Shown in pieces: positions 27,724 through 38,312 of a stretch of DNA of 64,000 bases (position 1 is the first letter of the stretch; each line of letters starts with the position of its first letter). The DNA lies in assembly GCA_016287875.1 (NCBI GenBank), contig JAEEXQ010000005.1, forward strand, positions 5,909 through 69,908. The letters run 5' to 3'. The stretch comes from Bacteroidales bacterium. Its GTDB lineage: Bacteria; Bacteroidota; Bacteroidia; Bacteroidales; UBA932. The position numbers and the translations under genes are program-made. The notes below the pieces were generated by a model. It was not told the DNA's origin. It made no database searches and saw only the letters and a program-made list of their open reading frames with translations.

Positions 27724-28500
27724 ATGAGACTTCTGCTAAGAATGGCTTTAATAGCCATTTCTTTGTCGTTTGTCGGCTGCGCCACATCTAAGGATATCCT
27801 CTATTTCCAGGATATAGATGAGGTGCAGCCTGTTTTGCTTGCCGCCAAATATGAGGCGGTAATAAAAAAGGACGACGAGCTTAAAATCATTATCAGCGGC
27901 CCTGACAAGGCAGTGACCGACCCATATAACATGACGCTTGCGGATGTCTCCGTCGGTTTCACCACCAACAACGCCCCTGAAACTCCTATGATGTCCTATC
28001 TCGTGGATGCAGACGGTAACATCAATTTTCCCATACTCGGCCGCATCCACGTAGAAGGACTGACCCGTATCCAGCTCATAGATTACCTCACGCGCGAAAT
28101 AGGCAAGGACGTCAAGGACCCCATAGTATATGTCTCCTTCAAGAATTACAAGATAACCGTCCTGGGTGAGGTGCGTTCTCCCGGCACCTATACCTACAAT
28201 TCCGAGAAGATCACGGTGCTGCAGGCCATAGGTTATGCCGGCGACCTTACCGTGACCGCGATGAGGGATGGAATCATCCTTCTCCGGGAGGAAGACGGCG
28301 TCCTCCGGCACATAAAGATAGACCTGCGCGACAGCTCCATACTGGATTCTCCTTATTACTACCTGCAGCAGAACGACGTGCTGTACGTGCCGCCAAGTTC
28401 CACCCGGCTGGTGGCGGCCAATTCTGCGACGGGCCTCTGGAGTACGATACTCTCTTCCGTATCTACGGTCATCGCAGTGATTGGTTTAATAGTCAAGTAG
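27724..28500 (+). CDS. wza: Polysaccharide export outer-membrane lipoprotein
   Basis: Lipobox FVGC, YLVDADGNINFPILG, ITVLGEVRSPG, YYLQQNDVLYV. Confidence 0.92.
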   Translation: MRLLLRMALIAISLSFVGCATSKDILYFQDIDEVQPVLLAAKYEAVIKKDDELKIIISGPDKAVTDPYNMTLADVSVGFTTNNAPETPMMSYLVDADGNINFPILGRIHVEGLTRIQLIDYLTREIGKDVKDPIVYVSFKNYKITVLGEVRSPGTYTYNSEKITVLQAIGYAGDLTVTAMRDGIILLREEDGVLRHIKIDLRDSSILDSPYYYLQQNDVLYVPPSSTRLVAANSATGLWSTILSSVSTVIAVIGLIVK

Positions 28501-28506
28501 TTCGTC

Positions 28507-30918
28507 ATGGAGTCCAAGGAAACACGTTACCAAAGCACCCCCACCTTGCAGGAAGACGGGAGCATAGCCATACGGGAACTGATAGATTATTTCTGGCGTA
28601 TGCGAGGCTGGATATTCTTTACCGTGGTCGTGTCCCTTTTCCTTGCTTTCGTCTATCTCAAGATACAGCCGCCTGTCTATTCCCGCACCACGTGGATAAA
28701 GCTCAACGGCAACGAGACCAGCATAAATGCTGAGCTGTCCCTGCTGCCCGGGCTTTCCGACCTTTCCGGCAACAAGAGGCTGGACAACGAAGTGTTCATA
28801 CTCCAGAGCCCTTCGCTGATGAATCAGGTGGTGGAAGCCCTCGGACTCAACACCCGCTACTACAAGATATGCTACGGCATCAAACGTCACGAATACTACA
28901 AGGACAGCCCGTTCTCGATGACTTGCAGCTGGGATGCCGCGCCTAGGGATTCTTCCGGCCTTTCCAGCGTGCAGATAGAATTCAGGCACAATGAAGCCGG
29001 GGGCTTCAAGCTGATCAGGCTGCTGGTGGACGGGGTCCGTGTCCCCGTGGCCGATACCCCCTATTCTTACGGAACTCCCATAGCCCTGGAGGGCGCCAGC
29101 ATAGTGATCGGAAACGACAGGCCCGGGGAAATGACTCCCGGGGCCAGGTATGTGGCAAGCTGGAGCACTCCCTATGCTACTGCCAGGAACTTCGTCGGCA
29201 AACTGAACGTCTCCGTGCAGGGCAAGGGCTCCAACCGCACCGACGTAGTGCTGGTGTCCATCACCGATTCTTCCCCAGTGCGCGCGGCGGACATACTCGA
29301 CAATCTTGTGGCCATCTCCAACCAGCAGGCCCGCAAATATAAGGCTCAGACCTCCCTGAACATAATAGAATTCATAGACAGCCGTCTCCGGGAGATATCC
29401 GACCAGCTGAACGATGCCGAGGCGGGATACAAGGATTACCAGTCTTCCAGGGCCCTGGTGAACAGCGACTCCCAGACCACCCTCGCCATCACCAGCGATA
29501 TGTCTTACCGTGACCAGCTGACCGGAATCCGCCTCCAGCTGCAGATTCTGCGGATGATTACATCCTTCATGGATGAGACTCCGGAGGGGGAATACAGGGT
29601 AGTGCCATCCAATATAGGTGTCGTGGACAGCGGCCTGAACTCTATGATAGGCAACTACAACGATAAGATAATCGAGCGCAACCGAATGGTGGCGAACTCT
29701 TCCGAGGCCAACCCGAAGGTCGTCACCGTGAATACCGAACTCGAAGTAGGCCGCAAGAGCATAGAACTGTCGCTGGCGAATCTCATCAAGGTTTATTCCC
29801 TGCGGGAGAGGGAGCTGGAGAGGATACTGAAGGACAGCCGCAGCCAGATAGAGGCCATTCCCCAGCAGCAGCTGGAGATGCAGCAGCTCTCGCGCAAGCT
29901 GGAAGTCATAGAGCCTCTGTACCTGCTGCTCCGCCAGAAGAGGGAAGAGTACCAGATAACAATGTTCGGCGAAGAAGATACCTTCCGCGTGATAGAAAAA
30001 GCCTTCGGCCCCAATGCTCCGGTAGGCCCCAACGGTATGATGGTGTATCTGCTGGCATTGATGTTCGGGGTATTCATAGGGCCCTGCGTCGAAAGGCTGA
30101 GGGCATTCATCAGGAGCAAGGTGGAGACCAAGCTGGATGTGGAGACTGCAGTGGACGCCCCCATACTGGCGGTACTGCCGGCAAGCAGGAAGAAAGATTA
30201 CAGGCTCATTCCCAGGAGCGGGCACGATTCCCTCTGCGAGTCTTTCCAGATGCTCAGGTCCACCGTCCAATCTTTCCCCGATGCCAAGGTCTTCCAGGTC
30301 ACATCCTCCGTGCTGGGCGAGGGAAAATCCTTCGTGGCGGCCAACCTGGCGCTGTCCCTTGCCTACGTTGGGAAAAAGGTAGTGCTGGTGGGAATGGACC
30401 TGCGCAAGCCGGCCCTTTCGCGCATATTCAAGTTCGAGGCGGACAAGGATAAATCCCTCTTCGCCTACCTGGACGGAAAGACCTCCTGCATCGATGACAT
30501 AATCTTCCCCTGCGCCCTCAGCGACAATCTGGACCTGATTCCGGCCGGAGCCGTGGCCCCCAATCCTAATGAACTGCTCTCCGGCGAGAGGCACGTGGAC
30601 CTGATTTCGGAACTTAAGAAGCGCTACTCTTACGTGATATTGGACAGCACCCCGTATTTCCCTGTGGCGGATGCTTCCATAATAAACAAGAGCGTGGATG
30701 CGACGCTGTTCGTAGTGCGCTGCGACTATACCACGCTCAAATTGCTAAGGGAGATAGATGCCGCCGCACATAGCAGGGTGAATCCCATCAAGAACCTGAA
30801 CATAATCATCAACTGCTTCGACAAGAATGCCAGGAAGTACCGCTATGGATATGGTGAAGGTTATGGGACGGGCACCCTCGGGTACGGCTATGGTTATGGA
30901 TATGGATATGAAAAATAA
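28507..30918 (+). CDS. wzc: Polysaccharide co-polymerase / BY-kinase
   Basis: Two TM helices, Walker A' SSVLGEGKS, DLRKP, ILDSTP and C-terminal tyrosine cluster YRYGYGEGYG...[11 protein letters not shown]. Confidence 0.92.
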   Translation: MESKETRYQSTPTLQEDGSIAIRELIDYFWRMRGWIFFTVVVSLFLAFVYLKIQPPVYSRTTWIKLNGNETSINAELSLLPGLSDLSGNKRLDNEVFILQSPSLMNQVVEALGLNTRYYKICYGIKRHEYYKDSPFSMTCSWDAAPRDSSGLSSVQIEFRHNEAGGFKLIRLLVDGVRVPVADTPYSYGTPIALEGASIVIGNDRPGEMTPGARYVASWSTPYATARNFVGKLNVSVQGKGSNRTDVVLVSITDSSPVRAADILDNLVAISNQQARKYKAQTSLNIIEFIDSRLREISDQLNDAEAGYKDYQSSRALVNSDSQTTLAITSDMSYRDQLTGIRLQLQILRMITSFMDETPEGEYRVVPSNIGVVDSGLNSMIGNYNDKIIERNRMVANSSEANPKVVTVNTELEVGRKSIELSLANLIKVYSLRERELERILKDSRSQIEAIPQQQLEMQQLSRKLEVIEPLYLLLRQKREEYQITMFGEEDTFRVIEKAFGPNAPVGPNGMMVYLLALMFGVFIGPCVERLRAFIRSKVETKLDVETAVDAPILAVLPASRKKDYRLIPRSGHDSLCESFQMLRSTVQSFPDAKVFQVTSSVLGEGKSFVAANLALSLAYVGKKVVLVGMDLRKPALSRIFKFEADKDKSLFAYLDGKTSCIDDIIFPCALSDNLDLIPAGAVAPNPNELLSGERHVDLISELKKRYSYVILDSTPYFPVADASIINKSVDATLFVVRCDYTTLKLLREIDAAAHSRVNPIKNLNIIINCFDKNARKYRYGYGEGYGTGTLGYGYGYGYGYEK

Positions 30919-33526
30919 GATATTATTTGCAGTCGCCTTCTTAGTCTTCGCCGCCTTTTCGGTATCGGCCCAGCCCCGGAAGATGACAGTCTATCTGGTG
31001 CAGCACGTCCATACGGATATAGGCTACACAAAACCGCAGACCGAAATACTCAGCGAGCATCTCCGCTATATAGACTATGCCCTGGATTATTGCGATGCCA
31101 CGGCTTCGTATCCGGATGATGCCCGTTTCCGCTGGACCTGCGAGGCTTCGTGGGCGGTGGACGAATGGCTCAGGGTGCGTCCCAAGGAGCAGGTAGAACG
31201 CTTCCTGGAATATGTAAGGCAGGGCCGTATAGAGGTTACCGCAATGTTCTTCAATATGTCCGAACTTTCGGGGGAGGGCAATTACAGAAGGTACCTGGAG
31301 CCGCTGAAGAGGTTCAAGGAGCTTGGCATACCTGTCAAGACTGCAATGCAGAACGATGTCAATGGCGTGGCCTGGTGCCTGGCGGACCTGCTTCCCGGCC
31401 TGGGGGTGAAGTATTTTTCCATCGGTTCCAATGCCACCCGTGCGGTGGTTCCTTTCGGTCTGCCTACGGTTTTTCGCTGGGAGGCGCCTTCGGGATCTTC
31501 TCTCATATCCTACCGCAGCGACCATTACCACACTGGAAACCATTGGGGAATCCACGAAGGAGATATGGAAAAGTTCGAGGGAAAGCTCAACGCCTATCTC
31601 GAAGATCTTGAAAAGAAGGGGTATTCCTACCCTTGGGTGGCGGTGCAGTATTCCGGTTTCCTGACCGACAATTCTCCGCCCAACTTTGCCGAATGCGACC
31701 TTATAAAAGAGTGGAACGCCACTCACGAATGGCCGAAACTCCGCAGCGCCACCATCAGCGAGTTCCTTAGTCTGGTGGACGAGGAATACGGGGATTCGCT
31801 TCCGGTTTACAGGGCGGCATTTCCTGATTACTGGACGGACGGATTCGGCTCCGCAGCCCGTGAGACTGCCGCTTCGCGCAAGACTCAGGCGGATGCCTCG
31901 GTGGTGGAGGGGCTGCTGTCGATGGCTCTCCTGGGAGGAGAAGCCGGGGCGGCCGGCTATGCTTCAGAATTAAGCGAGATACGGAAGGACCTCCTGTTCT
32001 ACGACGAGCACACTTTCGGCGCATCCGAAAGCATACGCGACCCTCATTGCGATAATTCCGAAGTACAGTGGGCGGAAAAGAGCGCCTATGTGTGGGAGGC
32101 TTTGAAGAATACGCAGATGATGTACGAGACTGCTTCCGGTCTGCTTCAGGGAAGGCTCTACAGGAGTTCTTGCCCGACCGTGACCTTCTTCAACACCCTG
32201 GGAGTGCCCCGCTCGACCCTGGCCACCATCTTCATCGACAAGACGCTGGCTCCCGTCGGGACACCCTTCGAGCTGGTGGACGAAAAGGGGCACGCGCTTG
32301 CCGTGCAGCAGGAATCCGTGCGCAGGGAAGGACGTTATTTCACCGTATGGGCGGAGGATATACCGGCCCTTGGCTACAAGACTTATGAAATACGCCTGGG
32401 AAGTGGCAGCGTGCACGTTGCAGAGCCCGCATCCTGGGACGGAAAGACCATTGAGAGCGAAGCTTACCGTCTGGAATTCGATTTCGCCAAGGGCGGAATC
32501 AGTTCCCTCTACGATAAGGAACTCGGGCGTGAACTCATAGACAGGGAAGCCCCCTGGAAGCTTGGCGAGTTCATCTACGAGGATCTGAAAGGGGATAGAA
32601 GGCAGATGGTCCATCTTAAGTTCGAGAATTACGAAAGGAAGGGTTTCGACAGCGTCAAGTTCTGCGGAATCACCCGGGGCGACCTCTATACCACGGTTTC
32701 ATTCGAGGGCGTGCTGGAGGGCTGCGATCCTTCGTTCGGAGTGAAGGCGGATGTGAGAATCTATCACAGCGTGAAGCGTATCGACCTTTGTTACAGGCTT
32801 AAGCGCCTTCCCGAGACCGATCCGTCCGGTATTTATGTTGCCTTCCCCTTCGGCGTCGAGGGCGGCAAGCTCGCATTCGACGTTCCCGGAGGCGTGCTGG
32901 TGGCGGGGGAGAACCAAATCCCCGGAACTACCGCCGGCTGGAATACGGTGCAGAGTTTTGTGTCCGCACGGAATAGCGATATGCAGGTGCTTCTGAGCAC
33001 CAACGAAGTGCCGCTGTTCATGATGGGAGAACTGATGGACGATCCTTTCCGTAAAGTCCATGTCCACGAAAAGACACATTTCTTCTCGTGGGTGATGAAC
33101 AACTACTGGCACACCAACTTCCGTGCTTCGCAGGAGGGAGAATTCCGCTGGAGCTATACAATAACTTCCATGCCCGGATGTTCCGAACCGGATGCATGGC
33201 AGTTCGGACAGGGCAATCGTACGCCCGTATATGCAAGGGTGCAGCCCGGCCAGCCCGGCGCTACGGGCGGCAAGGCTCGGGAACGCTCCCTGCTGTCGAT
33301 AGGCGGGGATGGCCTCCTGCTTGTGGGAACGGCCCCCGCAACCAATGGCGGCGTGCTGGTGAACGTACGCGAAACCGCCGGCCGGGAGACATCTCTGTCC
33401 CTGACCGACGGTAATGGAAAGCGCTTGTCTTTCACCCCCTCTGATGTCCTGGGCGAAGACAAGGGTGGAGCGACGGATTCGCTGAAAATACCTCCTTACG
33501 GCAATGTTTTCGTAAGGATCGATTAG
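30908..33526 (+). CDS. GH38-like glycoside hydrolase (alpha-mannosidase-like), secreted; start reassigned to MKNKILF
   Basis: Signal peptide, [13 protein letters not shown] metal-binding motif, [26 protein letters not shown]; overlaps the wzc stop by 11 nt. Confidence 0.8.
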   Translation: MKNKILFAVAFLVFAAFSVSAQPRKMTVYLVQHVHTDIGYTKPQTEILSEHLRYIDYALDYCDATASYPDDARFRWTCEASWAVDEWLRVRPKEQVERFLEYVRQGRIEVTAMFFNMSELSGEGNYRRYLEPLKRFKELGIPVKTAMQNDVNGVAWCLADLLPGLGVKYFSIGSNATRAVVPFGLPTVFRWEAPSGSSLISYRSDHYHTGNHWGIHEGDMEKFEGKLNAYLEDLEKKGYSYPWVAVQYSGFLTDNSPPNFAECDLIKEWNATHEWPKLRSATISEFLSLVDEEYGDSLPVYRAAFPDYWTDGFGSAARETAASRKTQADASVVEGLLSMALLGGEAGAAGYASELSEIRKDLLFYDEHTFGASESIRDPHCDNSEVQWAEKSAYVWEALKNTQMMYETASGLLQGRLYRSSCPTVTFFNTLGVPRSTLATIFIDKTLAPVGTPFELVDEKGHALAVQQESVRREGRYFTVWAEDIPALGYKTYEIRLGSGSVHVAEPASWDGKTIESEAYRLEFDFAKGGISSLYDKELGRELIDREAPWKLGEFIYEDLKGDRRQMVHLKFENYERKGFDSVKFCGITRGDLYTTVSFEGVLEGCDPSFGVKADVRIYHSVKRIDLCYRLKRLPETDPSGIYVAFPFGVEGGKLAFDVPGGVLVAGENQIPGTTAGWNTVQSFVSARNSDMQVLLSTNEVPLFMMGELMDDPFRKVHVHEKTHFFSWVMNNYWHTNFRASQEGEFRWSYTITSMPGCSEPDAWQFGQGNRTPVYARVQPGQPGATGGKARERSLLSIGGDGLLLVGTAPATNGGVLVNVRETAGRETSLSLTDGNGKRLSFTPSDVLGEDKGGATDSLKIPPYGNVFVRID

Positions 33527-33984
33527 ATTTGCCTGCAAAGATTGACCATCTCGATAGCAGATGTCATGGCATCGAAGCCCTTGTTTCCGGCCTTGGTGCC
33601 TGCGCGTTCTATGGCCTGCTCTATGGTGTCGGTGGTAAGTACCCCGTAGATGACGGGAATGCCGCTCTCCAGCCCCACGTGGGCGATGCCTTTGACGGAT
33701 TCGTTGGCGACCATATCGAAATGAGGGGTGCTGCCGCGGATTACGGCGCCCACGCACACGACTGCATCGTACTTCTTGGAGGCTGCCATCTTCCCGGCCA
33801 CGAGTGGAATCTCGAAAGCGCCGGGTACCCAGGCTACCGTGAGGTCTTCGGCATTGCCGCCGTGGCGGATGAATGAATCTTCCGCTCCACCGAGCAGCTT
33901 GCCCGTGATGAATTCATTGAATCGGGATGCGACGACGGCTATCTTGAGATCGGTCGCAATAAGTTTTCCTTCGATTGTTTTCAT
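33523..33984 (-). CDS. ribH: 6,7-dimethyl-8-ribityllumazine synthase
   Basis: [38 protein letters not shown]. Confidence 0.97.
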   Translation of the reverse strand: MKTIEGKLIATDLKIAVVASRFNEFITGKLLGGAEDSFIRHGGNAEDLTVAWVPGAFEIPLVAGKMAASKKYDAVVCVGAVIRGSTPHFDMVANESVKGIAHVGLESGIPVIYGVLTTDTIEQAIERAGTKAGNKGFDAMTSAIEMVNLCRQI

Positions 33985-34007
33985 GATCGTATCTTTTATC
34001 GTTTGTA

Positions 34008-35228
34008 TTATCTGTCTGTTTCATCCAAATGGAGCAGATGCCCCATCTTGCTGCACTTGGTGCGCAGGTAACGGTCGTTAATGGGATTGCTCTTGATTTC
34101 TATGGCTTCGCGGCCCACAATCTCGATTCCGAACCCGTCCAGGCCGCTGATCTTCTCGGGATTGTTGGTCATCAGTATCAGTTGCTTTGCACCCAGGTCC
34201 GCCAGAATCGCGGCACCGGTGCCGTATTCGCGCAGGTCAGGAGCGAAGCCCAGGGCCACGTTGGCCTCTACCGTATCCATTCCCTGCTCCTGAAGCTGAT
34301 ATGCGCGCAACTTGTTGATAAGCCCTATCCCGCGCCCTTCCTGCCTGAGGTATAGAAGGATTCCGCGGCCGGCCTTCTCGATGCGCCGAAGGGCTACTTC
34401 CAGCTGCTCGCCGCAATCGCAGCGAAGCGAGCCGAAGGTGTCGCCGGTAAGGCATTCGGAATGCACCCTGCATAGTACCGGAGCATCGGTGCTGACATCT
34501 CCTTTTACCAGGGCGATATGGTGCTCGCCAGTTATCTTGCTCTGATAGCCGTAGGCCTTGAAATGCCCGAATTTCGTGGGCAGGTCGGCCACCGTTACGC
34601 ATTCTATGGTCTTCTCGTGACGGCGGCGGTAGCGTATCAGGTCGGCTATGGAGATTACTTTCATGCCGTGCTTCCCTGCGAAATCTATCAGCTCGGGCGT
34701 GCGCATCATAGTGCCGTCTTCCCTCATTATCTCGCAGCACAGGCCGCATTCTTCCAGCCCCGCGAGGCGCATCAGGTCAACCGTCGCCTCGGTGTGGCCG
34801 GAGCGTATCAGCACTCCGCCTTTGCGGGCTTTCAGGGGGAACATATGGCCGGGACGGCGGAAGTCCGAGGGCGTCGCGTCCGGGCTGATGCACTTCAGCG
34901 CCGTGACCGAGCGCTCCACGGCAGATATGCCCGTGGTGGTTGAAATATGGTCTATGGATACCGTGAAGGCCGTATGATGATTGTCGGTGTTGTACGAAAC
35001 CATCTGGTTCAGGTCCAGACGTGAGGTGTATTCCTCGCTCATCGGCATACAGATCAGCCCTTTGCCGTAGCTGGCCATAAAGTTTATATTGTCCGGCGTG
35101 GCGTAGCGTGCGGCGCAGATAAGGTCGCCTTCGTTCTCGCGGTCGGGGTCGTCGATGACGACTATGATGTGCCCTTGCTTAAGTTCTTCCAGGGCCTCTT
35201 CGATAGTGGATAATGTATTGTTTTCCAT
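34008..35228 (-). CDS. ribBA: Bifunctional DHBP synthase / GTP cyclohydrolase II
   Basis: [48 protein letters not shown]. Confidence 0.97.
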   Translation of the reverse strand: MENNTLSTIEEALEELKQGHIIVVIDDPDRENEGDLICAARYATPDNINFMASYGKGLICMPMSEEYTSRLDLNQMVSYNTDNHHTAFTVSIDHISTTTGISAVERSVTALKCISPDATPSDFRRPGHMFPLKARKGGVLIRSGHTEATVDLMRLAGLEECGLCCEIMREDGTMMRTPELIDFAGKHGMKVISIADLIRYRRRHEKTIECVTVADLPTKFGHFKAYGYQSKITGEHHIALVKGDVSTDAPVLCRVHSECLTGDTFGSLRCDCGEQLEVALRRIEKAGRGILLYLRQEGRGIGLINKLRAYQLQEQGMDTVEANVALGFAPDLREYGTGAAILADLGAKQLILMTNNPEKISGLDGFGIEIVGREAIEIKSNPINDRYLRTKCSKMGHLLHLDETDR

Positions 35229-35229
35229 A

Positions 35230-35877
35230 TTAGAATCCGTTTTCTTTCAGCCATTCCAGGGACAGGCTGCTTTCTTTTGCTGTCTTGGCTCCTGCATCGA
35301 GCAGGCGCTCTGTATAACGTGCCAGGATATCGACTTCGACGTTGATGATGCTGCCTTCCCGGAGGTCTCCCAGGGTGGTCGCCGCGCAGGTCTGCGGGAT
35401 CAGTGATACCGCGAACGAACTCTCATCTGCCGATACCACGGTAAGGCTGACGCCGTCCAGCGTGACCGAGCCTTTTACGGCTATGTATTTGAGCAGGGAA
35501 GGATCGGTGGTGATGTTTATGCGCTTGGCGATTCCGTCCCGGACTATCGATGCAACCTGGCCGCATCCGTCCACGTGGCCGGAGACTATGTGCCCGCCCA
35601 GGCGCCCGTCAGCTTTCATCGCCCTTTCCAGATTGACTTTGGCCCCGCGGAAGAGCTTCCCCAAAGAGCTGCGCCTAAGGGTTTCGGGCATCACGTCCGC
35701 AGTGAAAATCCGTCCGGAAATGGATGTTACCGTAAGGCAGACGCCGTTCACTGCAATGCTGTCCCCGACTGCGGTGCCTTCCGTCACCTTATCTGCGGTG
35801 ATGCTCAGGGCCGCTCCGGTGCTGCCGGCGGTGATGGCACGGACGGTGCCTGTTTCTTCTATTATTCCTGTAAACAT
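35230..35877 (-). CDS. ribE: Riboflavin synthase alpha chain
   Basis: MFTGIIEE start, GDSIAVNGVCLTV, GGHIVSGHVDG. Confidence 0.97.
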   Translation of the reverse strand: MFTGIIEETGTVRAITAGSTGAALSITADKVTEGTAVGDSIAVNGVCLTVTSISGRIFTADVMPETLRRSSLGKLFRGAKVNLERAMKADGRLGGHIVSGHVDGCGQVASIVRDGIAKRINITTDPSLLKYIAVKGSVTLDGVSLTVVSADESSFAVSLIPQTCAATTLGDLREGSIINVEVDILARYTERLLDAGAKTAKESSLSLEWLKENGF

Positions 35878-35880
35878 AAG

Positions 35881-36981
35881 CTATTTGTTCTGCGGGTAGG
35901 CGTGGATAAGCAGGTCCGGACCGAACTGCTTCACCGACTCGGTCCTGAGTCCCAGGGCATCTGCCATTCTGGGGAATCCTTGGCCTCCTACGGCCGTTTT
36001 TGCATACGCCCCGCCCAGTATTTTGGGGGCAATGAAGAAGTAGTATTCATCAACCAGCCCCTGCTCGATGAAACTGGCGTTAAGCTCCCCGCCTCCTTCC
36101 AGCAGTATGGAATCGATGCGCATTGCGCCGAGCTTGTCCAGCATATCCGCCAGATCGACGTGGCCGTCGCGGGTTTTGCAGGGGAGTGTCTCTATTCCGC
36201 AGTCGCGGAGTATCCTAAGCCGGTCTTCCCCGGCGGCTTCGGTATGCGCCAGTATGGTGCGGATGCTGCCGGCGCTTCTTGCTATGCGGCTGTCCGGCGA
36301 CAGGGATGCCCTGCTGTCCGGAAGTATGCGTACGGGGTTGTCGAAGCCTTCCAGGCGGCAGTCCAGCATAGGATCGTCGGCACGGACGGTTCCTGCTCCG
36401 ACGCAGATTCCGCTATGGTATCCGCGCAGCCGGTGCACGAAAGTGCGCGCCTCCTCGGAGGTGACCCAGCGGGAATCCCCGTCGGCCGTGGCTATCTTTC
36501 CGTCCAGAGTCATAGCCACCTTCAGGCTTACCCAAGGTCGTTTTTCCGTGATGTACTTAAGGAATATACGGTTCTGTTCGCGGAGCTCATCTTCCAGCAG
36601 GCCCACTTCCACGGAGATGCCGTGGGACCGTAGGATTTCTATGCCTTTCCCGCATACAAGGGGATTCGGGTCGGTAAGCCCCACGACTACCCGGGAGATG
36701 CCTGCGGCTATTAGTGCGTCGGTGCAGGGGGGCTGCTTGCCGTGGTGGCAGCAGGGCTCGAGGGTGACGTAGGCCGTGGCTCCGGCCGTATCCTCCGTGC
36801 AGGCTGCCAAAGCATCCCGCTCCGCGTGCAGGCCGCCATAACGATGATGATATCCTTTGCTGATTATCCGTCCGTCCTTGACCAGGACGCATCCTACCAT
36901 AGGATTCGGGGCCGTGTGACCACGTCCCAATTCCGCAAGGGCCATGGCCTCTTGCATATAGAGTTTGTCGTTTTCCATCAT
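35881..36981 (-). CDS. ribD: Bifunctional diaminohydroxyphosphoribosylaminopyrimidine deaminase/reductase
   Basis: PNPMVG, HAE, TLEPCCH..KQPPC, TLDGKIA, LEGGG. Confidence 0.97.
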   Translation of the reverse strand: MMENDKLYMQEAMALAELGRGHTAPNPMVGCVLVKDGRIISKGYHHRYGGLHAERDALAACTEDTAGATAYVTLEPCCHHGKQPPCTDALIAAGISRVVVGLTDPNPLVCGKGIEILRSHGISVEVGLLEDELREQNRIFLKYITEKRPWVSLKVAMTLDGKIATADGDSRWVTSEEARTFVHRLRGYHSGICVGAGTVRADDPMLDCRLEGFDNPVRILPDSRASLSPDSRIARSAGSIRTILAHTEAAGEDRLRILRDCGIETLPCKTRDGHVDLADMLDKLGAMRIDSILLEGGGELNASFIEQGLVDEYYFFIAPKILGGAYAKTAVGGQGFPRMADALGLRTESVKQFGPDLLIHAYPQNK

Positions 36982-37100
36982 ATCCCGTCTTCCATCCGGA
37001 CTTTAACCGTTGGTACCGGAGTTTCACCGGTTCAGTCCCTGTTACGGGAGTCGCGGACTTTACCGCCAGTAGGGAATTGCACCCTGCCCTGAAGAGATAT
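36981..37100 (-). ncRNA. FMN riboswitch (RFN element)
   Basis: Reverse strand ...CTTCAGGGCAGGGTGCAATTCCCTACTGGCGGTAAAGTCCGCGA...AACCGGTGAAACTCCGGTACCAACGGTTAAAGTCCGGATGGAAGA... matches the RFN consensus; directly upstream of ribD. Confidence 0.95.
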
Positions 37101-37112
37101 TATTATTTTCTG

Positions 37113-37120
37113 CAAAGGTA
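37113..37120 (-). promoter_or_regulatory. -7 promoter box for the riboswitch-rib operon
   Basis: TACCTTTG about 12 nt upstream of the aptamer. Confidence 0.65.
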
Positions 37121-37177
37121 CCGTTTTTTTGCTGATTATAAAAAAGTAAGTTCATTTTTTTGTTTACCTTTACCGCT

Positions 37178-38311
37178 ATGGAACGCTCAAAGGTCTTCTT
37201 CACAGATTTCAGGACGACTGCATTCGGCGAGAGCATGCCCGCCAAACTTAAACGCCTCGTCCGCAAAGCAGGAATTGCCGACATAGACATGGACGGCAAG
37301 TTTGTTGCAATCAAGATGCACTTCGGGGAGCTTGGAAACGTGAGTTATCTGCGCCCCAACTACGCCAAAGCCGTAGTGGATCTGGTCAAGGAACTAGGAG
37401 GAAAACCTTTCCTCACGGATTGCAACACCATGTATCCCGGATACCGCAAGAATGCTTTGGAGCATCTTGAGTGTGCATGGGAGAACGGTTTTACGCCTTT
37501 GTCCGCAGGTTGTCCGGTAATAATAGCAGATGGCTTGAAGGGTACCGACGACATCGCGGTTCCGGTCGAAGGTGGAGAATATACGAAAGAGGCTCTGATC
37601 GGCCGTGCCGTTATGGACGCGGACGTGTTCATAAGCCTTACCCACTTCAAGGGACACGAAACGACAGGTTTCGGAGGAGCTATAAAGAATATCGGTATGG
37701 GATGCGGTTCCCGTGCCGGTAAAAAGGATCAGCATTCCGCGGGTAAGGCTATCATTGACGATTCCAAATGCCGGGGATGCCGGCGTTGTGAACGGGAATG
37801 TGCCAATGGCGGCCTGGTGTATGATTCGGCCGCGCGGAAAATGCACGTCGACACAAATCATTGCGTGGGATGCGGGCGTTGCCTGGGGGCCTGCAATTTC
37901 GATGCTATAGATTTTGCACAGGACCAGGCCGTTTCAGTGCTTAACGCCAAGATGGCCGAGTATACCAAAGCTGTAGTTGATGGCCGCGAGAGTTTCCACA
38001 TCTCGCTCATCGTGGATGTGTCTCCCTACTGCGATTGCCACGCCGAGAACGATGCTCCCATACTCCCGGACATAGGAATGTTCGCATCAAAAGACCCCGT
38101 CGCACTCGATCAGGCCTGTGCGGATGCATGCCTGGCCGCTGAACCTATGCCTAACTCTGTCCTGGGCGATCATCTTCGCGAAGAAGGTTTCCACAATCAC
38201 CACGACCATTTCAAGAACACCACCCCCGAGTCGGAATGGGAAACGCAGCTGATCCATGGCGAAAGGATAGGCCTTGGCACCCGCAGCTATGAGCTCGTGC
38301 TTGTAAAGTGA
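37178..38311 (+). CDS. DUF362 family Fe-S protein (ATG at 37178)
   Basis: VAIKMHFGE, LTHFKGH, GGAIKNIGMG, two ferredoxin motifs CRGCRRCERECA and CVGCGRCLGACN. Confidence 0.85.
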   Translation: MERSKVFFTDFRTTAFGESMPAKLKRLVRKAGIADIDMDGKFVAIKMHFGELGNVSYLRPNYAKAVVDLVKELGGKPFLTDCNTMYPGYRKNALEHLECAWENGFTPLSAGCPVIIADGLKGTDDIAVPVEGGEYTKEALIGRAVMDADVFISLTHFKGHETTGFGGAIKNIGMGCGSRAGKKDQHSAGKAIIDDSKCRGCRRCERECANGGLVYDSAARKMHVDTNHCVGCGRCLGACNFDAIDFAQDQAVSVLNAKMAEYTKAVVDGRESFHISLIVDVSPYCDCHAENDAPILPDIGMFASKDPVALDQACADACLAAEPMPNSVLGDHLREEGFHNHHDHFKNTTPESEWETQLIHGERIGLGTRSYELVLVK

Positions 38312-38312
38312 A

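Noticed and set aside
30838-30912. TATGGA-like short tandem repeats as a contingency locus
   Set aside because: They are the codons of the Wzc tyrosine cluster and are imperfect.
20018-33526. tRNA-Val as integration site of a genomic island
   Set aside because: The tRNA 3' end points away from the accessory genes; no duplicated tRNA end, integrase or GC shift was seen.
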